64,000 nucleotides of DNA from Oscillospiraceae bacterium (GTDB lineage Bacteria > Bacillota > Clostridia > Oscillospirales > Ruminococcaceae): the NCBI GenBank assembly GCA_032059445.1, contig DAMCAP010000005.1, forward strand, positions 36,227 to 100,226. Reading direction: 5' to 3'. The position numbers and the translations under genes were made by a program. Each line of letters opens with the position of its first letter. The stretch's first letter is position 1. The notes beneath the pieces were generated by a model that ran no database searches, was not told the DNA's origin, and was given only the letters and a program-made list of their open reading frames with translations. Positions 62,137 to 64,000 of this stretch are shown here, piece by piece.

Positions 62137-63912
62137 TTACTGTACAACTTCAATCGCTTTGACAGGGCAGATCTGGTTGCAGACGGTGCAGCCTACGCAC
62201 TGAGCAGGGTCGATCACAGATTTCTTAGTGGAGGTATTGAAGGAAATCGCAGGGCAACCACTTCTTAGGCACATCTTACAGCCGATGCAGCGCTCGGTAA
62301 CCTTCGATTTCTTTTGGAATACTCCGCTAAACTCCTCCTTGTCGGCAGAGGAGAGCTTCTTGAGCACGCAGGGCCAGCGGGTGATGATCACTGAAGGCTC
62401 CTCCAAGGAGAGGGCCCACTTAAGGGTTTCTCGTACCTTTGGCAGGTCGTTGGGGTTGATCACTGCGATATGCTTGATGCCGCATGCTTTTACTAAGCCC
62501 TCTAGGTTGATGAGCTCGGTAGGGTCACCCATAGCGGTAAAGCCGCTGCCTGGGTTCTCTTGATGGCCGGTCATGCCGGTGATGCGGTTGTCAAGGATGA
62601 TGTTGACGGTATTAGAGCCGTTATATACCACCTCTAAGAGGGAGTTGATGCCGGTATGGAAGAAGGTAGAGTCACCAAGGACAGCGACCACGCGCTTGCC
62701 GGAGGAGCCAGCCATCTTAAAGACTTGCTGTGCGCCGTGACCTGCGCTGAAGCTGGCACCCATGCAGATGTTGAAATCCATGGCGTTGTAAGGCTCGGCA
62801 AAGCCCAAGGTATAGCAGCCGATGTCGCCTGCTACCATGACATCCTTATGCTTGCCCAGCTCGTGGAATAAGCCACGGTGAGGGCAGCCAGCACAGAGGA
62901 TAGGAGGGCGGGGGGAGATGGCATCACGTTTGTAATCGAGCACCGGCAGGGTAGCGCCGTAGAGGGATTTACGCAGTACATCTGGGGTCATTTCGCCGCA
63001 GAAGGGGAAGGTATCTCGACCGTGGGGATTAAAGCCCAATTCACGGATAGCTTCTTCTAAGATCGGATCATTTTCTTCGATGACATAGAGCTTAGCCTTG
63101 CCCTCGCAGAAAGATCGGATTATTTCGGTAGGGAGCGGATATGTAAAGCCCAGCTTTAGGTAGGAAACACTGTCGCCCAAGACTTCTCTGGCGTAATCGT
63201 AGCAGATGCCGCTGGTGATGACGCCTACCTCGCTGTTGTTGTCGACTACGAAGTTAAGCTCGCTCTGCTCGGCATAATCCTTTAGATCCTTTAAGCGCTG
63301 CTCAAGCTTGATACGCATAGGGCGGCTCATGGCTGGTACAGTCATATATTTGGTGATCTTTTTTTCGTAGGGCTTGATGGGCTGCTCTACTCTAGGCTGA
63401 CACTCTACAATACCCTTAGAATGGCAGACTCTCGTAGTAACACGCACCAACACAGGAGTGTCGAAACGTTCACTGACCTCAAAAGCGAGTTTCACCATAT
63501 CCTTACACTCCTGGCTGTCGCAGGGCTCGAGTAGTGGGATCTTGGCAAACTTTGCATAGTTGCGGTTATCCTGCTCATTTTGAGAGGAGTGCTGCCCTGG
63601 CTCGTCGGCAGTGATCAGCACCATACCGCCATTTACTCCTGTGTAGGCATAGGTAAAGAGGGCATCAGCCGCTACGTTTACACCTACATGCTTCATCGAT
63701 GCCATTGCCCTGCCTCCTGCGATGGAAGCACCTACAACAGCCTCAAGGGCAACCTTTTCGTTTGGTGCCCACTCGCTCTTGATCTCGGGGTAGGTAGAGA
63801 TGTTTTCGAGGATTTCGGTGCTGGGTGTGCCGGGGTAGGCAGAGCAGAAGTGCACGCCTGCCTCATAGGCTCCACGGGCGATGGCTTCATTACCGGTCAT
63901 GAGTAGTTTCAT
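62137..63912 (-). CDS. iorA: indolepyruvate:ferredoxin oxidoreductase subunit alpha
   Basis: TPP motif GDSTFFHTG and two 4Fe-4S motifs (CIGCKMCLRSGCP, CVGCTVCNQICP). Start at MKLLMTGNEA after GGAG; the alternative start is 63924. Confidence 0.85.
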   Translation of the reverse strand: MKLLMTGNEAIARGAYEAGVHFCSAYPGTPSTEILENISTYPEIKSEWAPNEKVALEAVVGASIAGGRAMASMKHVGVNVAADALFTYAYTGVNGGMVLITADEPGQHSSQNEQDNRNYAKFAKIPLLEPCDSQECKDMVKLAFEVSERFDTPVLVRVTTRVCHSKGIVECQPRVEQPIKPYEKKITKYMTVPAMSRPMRIKLEQRLKDLKDYAEQSELNFVVDNNSEVGVITSGICYDYAREVLGDSVSYLKLGFTYPLPTEIIRSFCEGKAKLYVIEENDPILEEAIRELGFNPHGRDTFPFCGEMTPDVLRKSLYGATLPVLDYKRDAISPRPPILCAGCPHRGLFHELGKHKDVMVAGDIGCYTLGFAEPYNAMDFNICMGASFSAGHGAQQVFKMAGSSGKRVVAVLGDSTFFHTGINSLLEVVYNGSNTVNIILDNRITGMTGHQENPGSGFTAMGDPTELINLEGLVKACGIKHIAVINPNDLPKVRETLKWALSLEEPSVIITRWPCVLKKLSSADKEEFSGVFQKKSKVTERCIGCKMCLRSGCPAISFNTSTKKSVIDPAQCVGCTVCNQICPVKAIEVVQ

Positions 63913-64000
63913 GGTAAGCTCCATTCCGCCGCCCTAGCGGGCGGCTGTAATTATAATATTTCGCATTAAATTAGACTGAATGATGCTTATGCTCGTTGCT

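Noticed and set aside
1-64000. CRISPR arrays, rRNA genes, IS elements/transposases, other tRNAs.
   Set aside because: By eye there are no regularly spaced repeat-spacer arrays, no rRNA-like sequence, no transposase ORFs, and no further T-arm (GGTTCGA-type) signatures.

Overview
This 64 kb window looks like a spore-forming, amino-acid-fermenting Firmicute (class Clostridia), judged from gene content only. No database search was run, and every call comes from reading the sequence and the ORF track.

Three blocks stand out.

(1) About 4.9-22.3 kb is a dense selenium supercluster:
- A LysR regulator sits divergent from selD.
- selA, selB and tRNA-Sec (selC) are present.
- A glycine-reductase operon runs grdX-grdE-grdB-trxB-trxA-grdA-grdC-grdD. 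It lies behind a tandem glycine riboswitch with a leader terminator.
- A cysteine desulfurase, yedE, yedF and DUF3343 form a selenium/sulfur delivery module.
- selD, grdA and grdB each carry an in-frame UGA (Sec) codon that the ORF track reads as a stop.

(2) 30.76-39.60 kb is an 8.8 kb integrative element inserted just downstream of the guaA terminator. It is bounded by a perfect 19 bp direct repeat. It carries:
- XRE switch genes, Xis and a tyrosine integrase.
- A MobC-like protein and an AAA_25-type ATPase.
- A restriction-modification-like cassette of HTH, m5C methyltransferase, DUF3883-type nuclease and a second m5C methyltransferase.
- A 0.75 kb non-coding right arm rich in GGTGC repeats and inverted repeats.

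A low-GC islet follows (histidine phosphatase, DUF1697, NUDIX).

(3) 42-47.4 kb is a LacI-controlled catabolic locus of unknown substrate. It encodes a cyclic amidohydrolase, an FAH-family hydrolase, a KdgT-like permease and a racemase-fold protein lacking both catalytic cysteines. Palindromic operators lie upstream.

The remaining content:
- The spoIIAA-spoIIAB-sigF operon, then folC, valS and guaA.
- A BceRS/BceAB-type peptide-resistance module.
- A cold-shock protein and CodA-like and DapA-like enzymes.
- A P-type ATPase behind a yybP-ykoY (Mn2+)-like leader with a terminator.
- alkA-like and ogt repair genes, buk and iorAB.

No rRNA, CRISPR array or IS element was seen.
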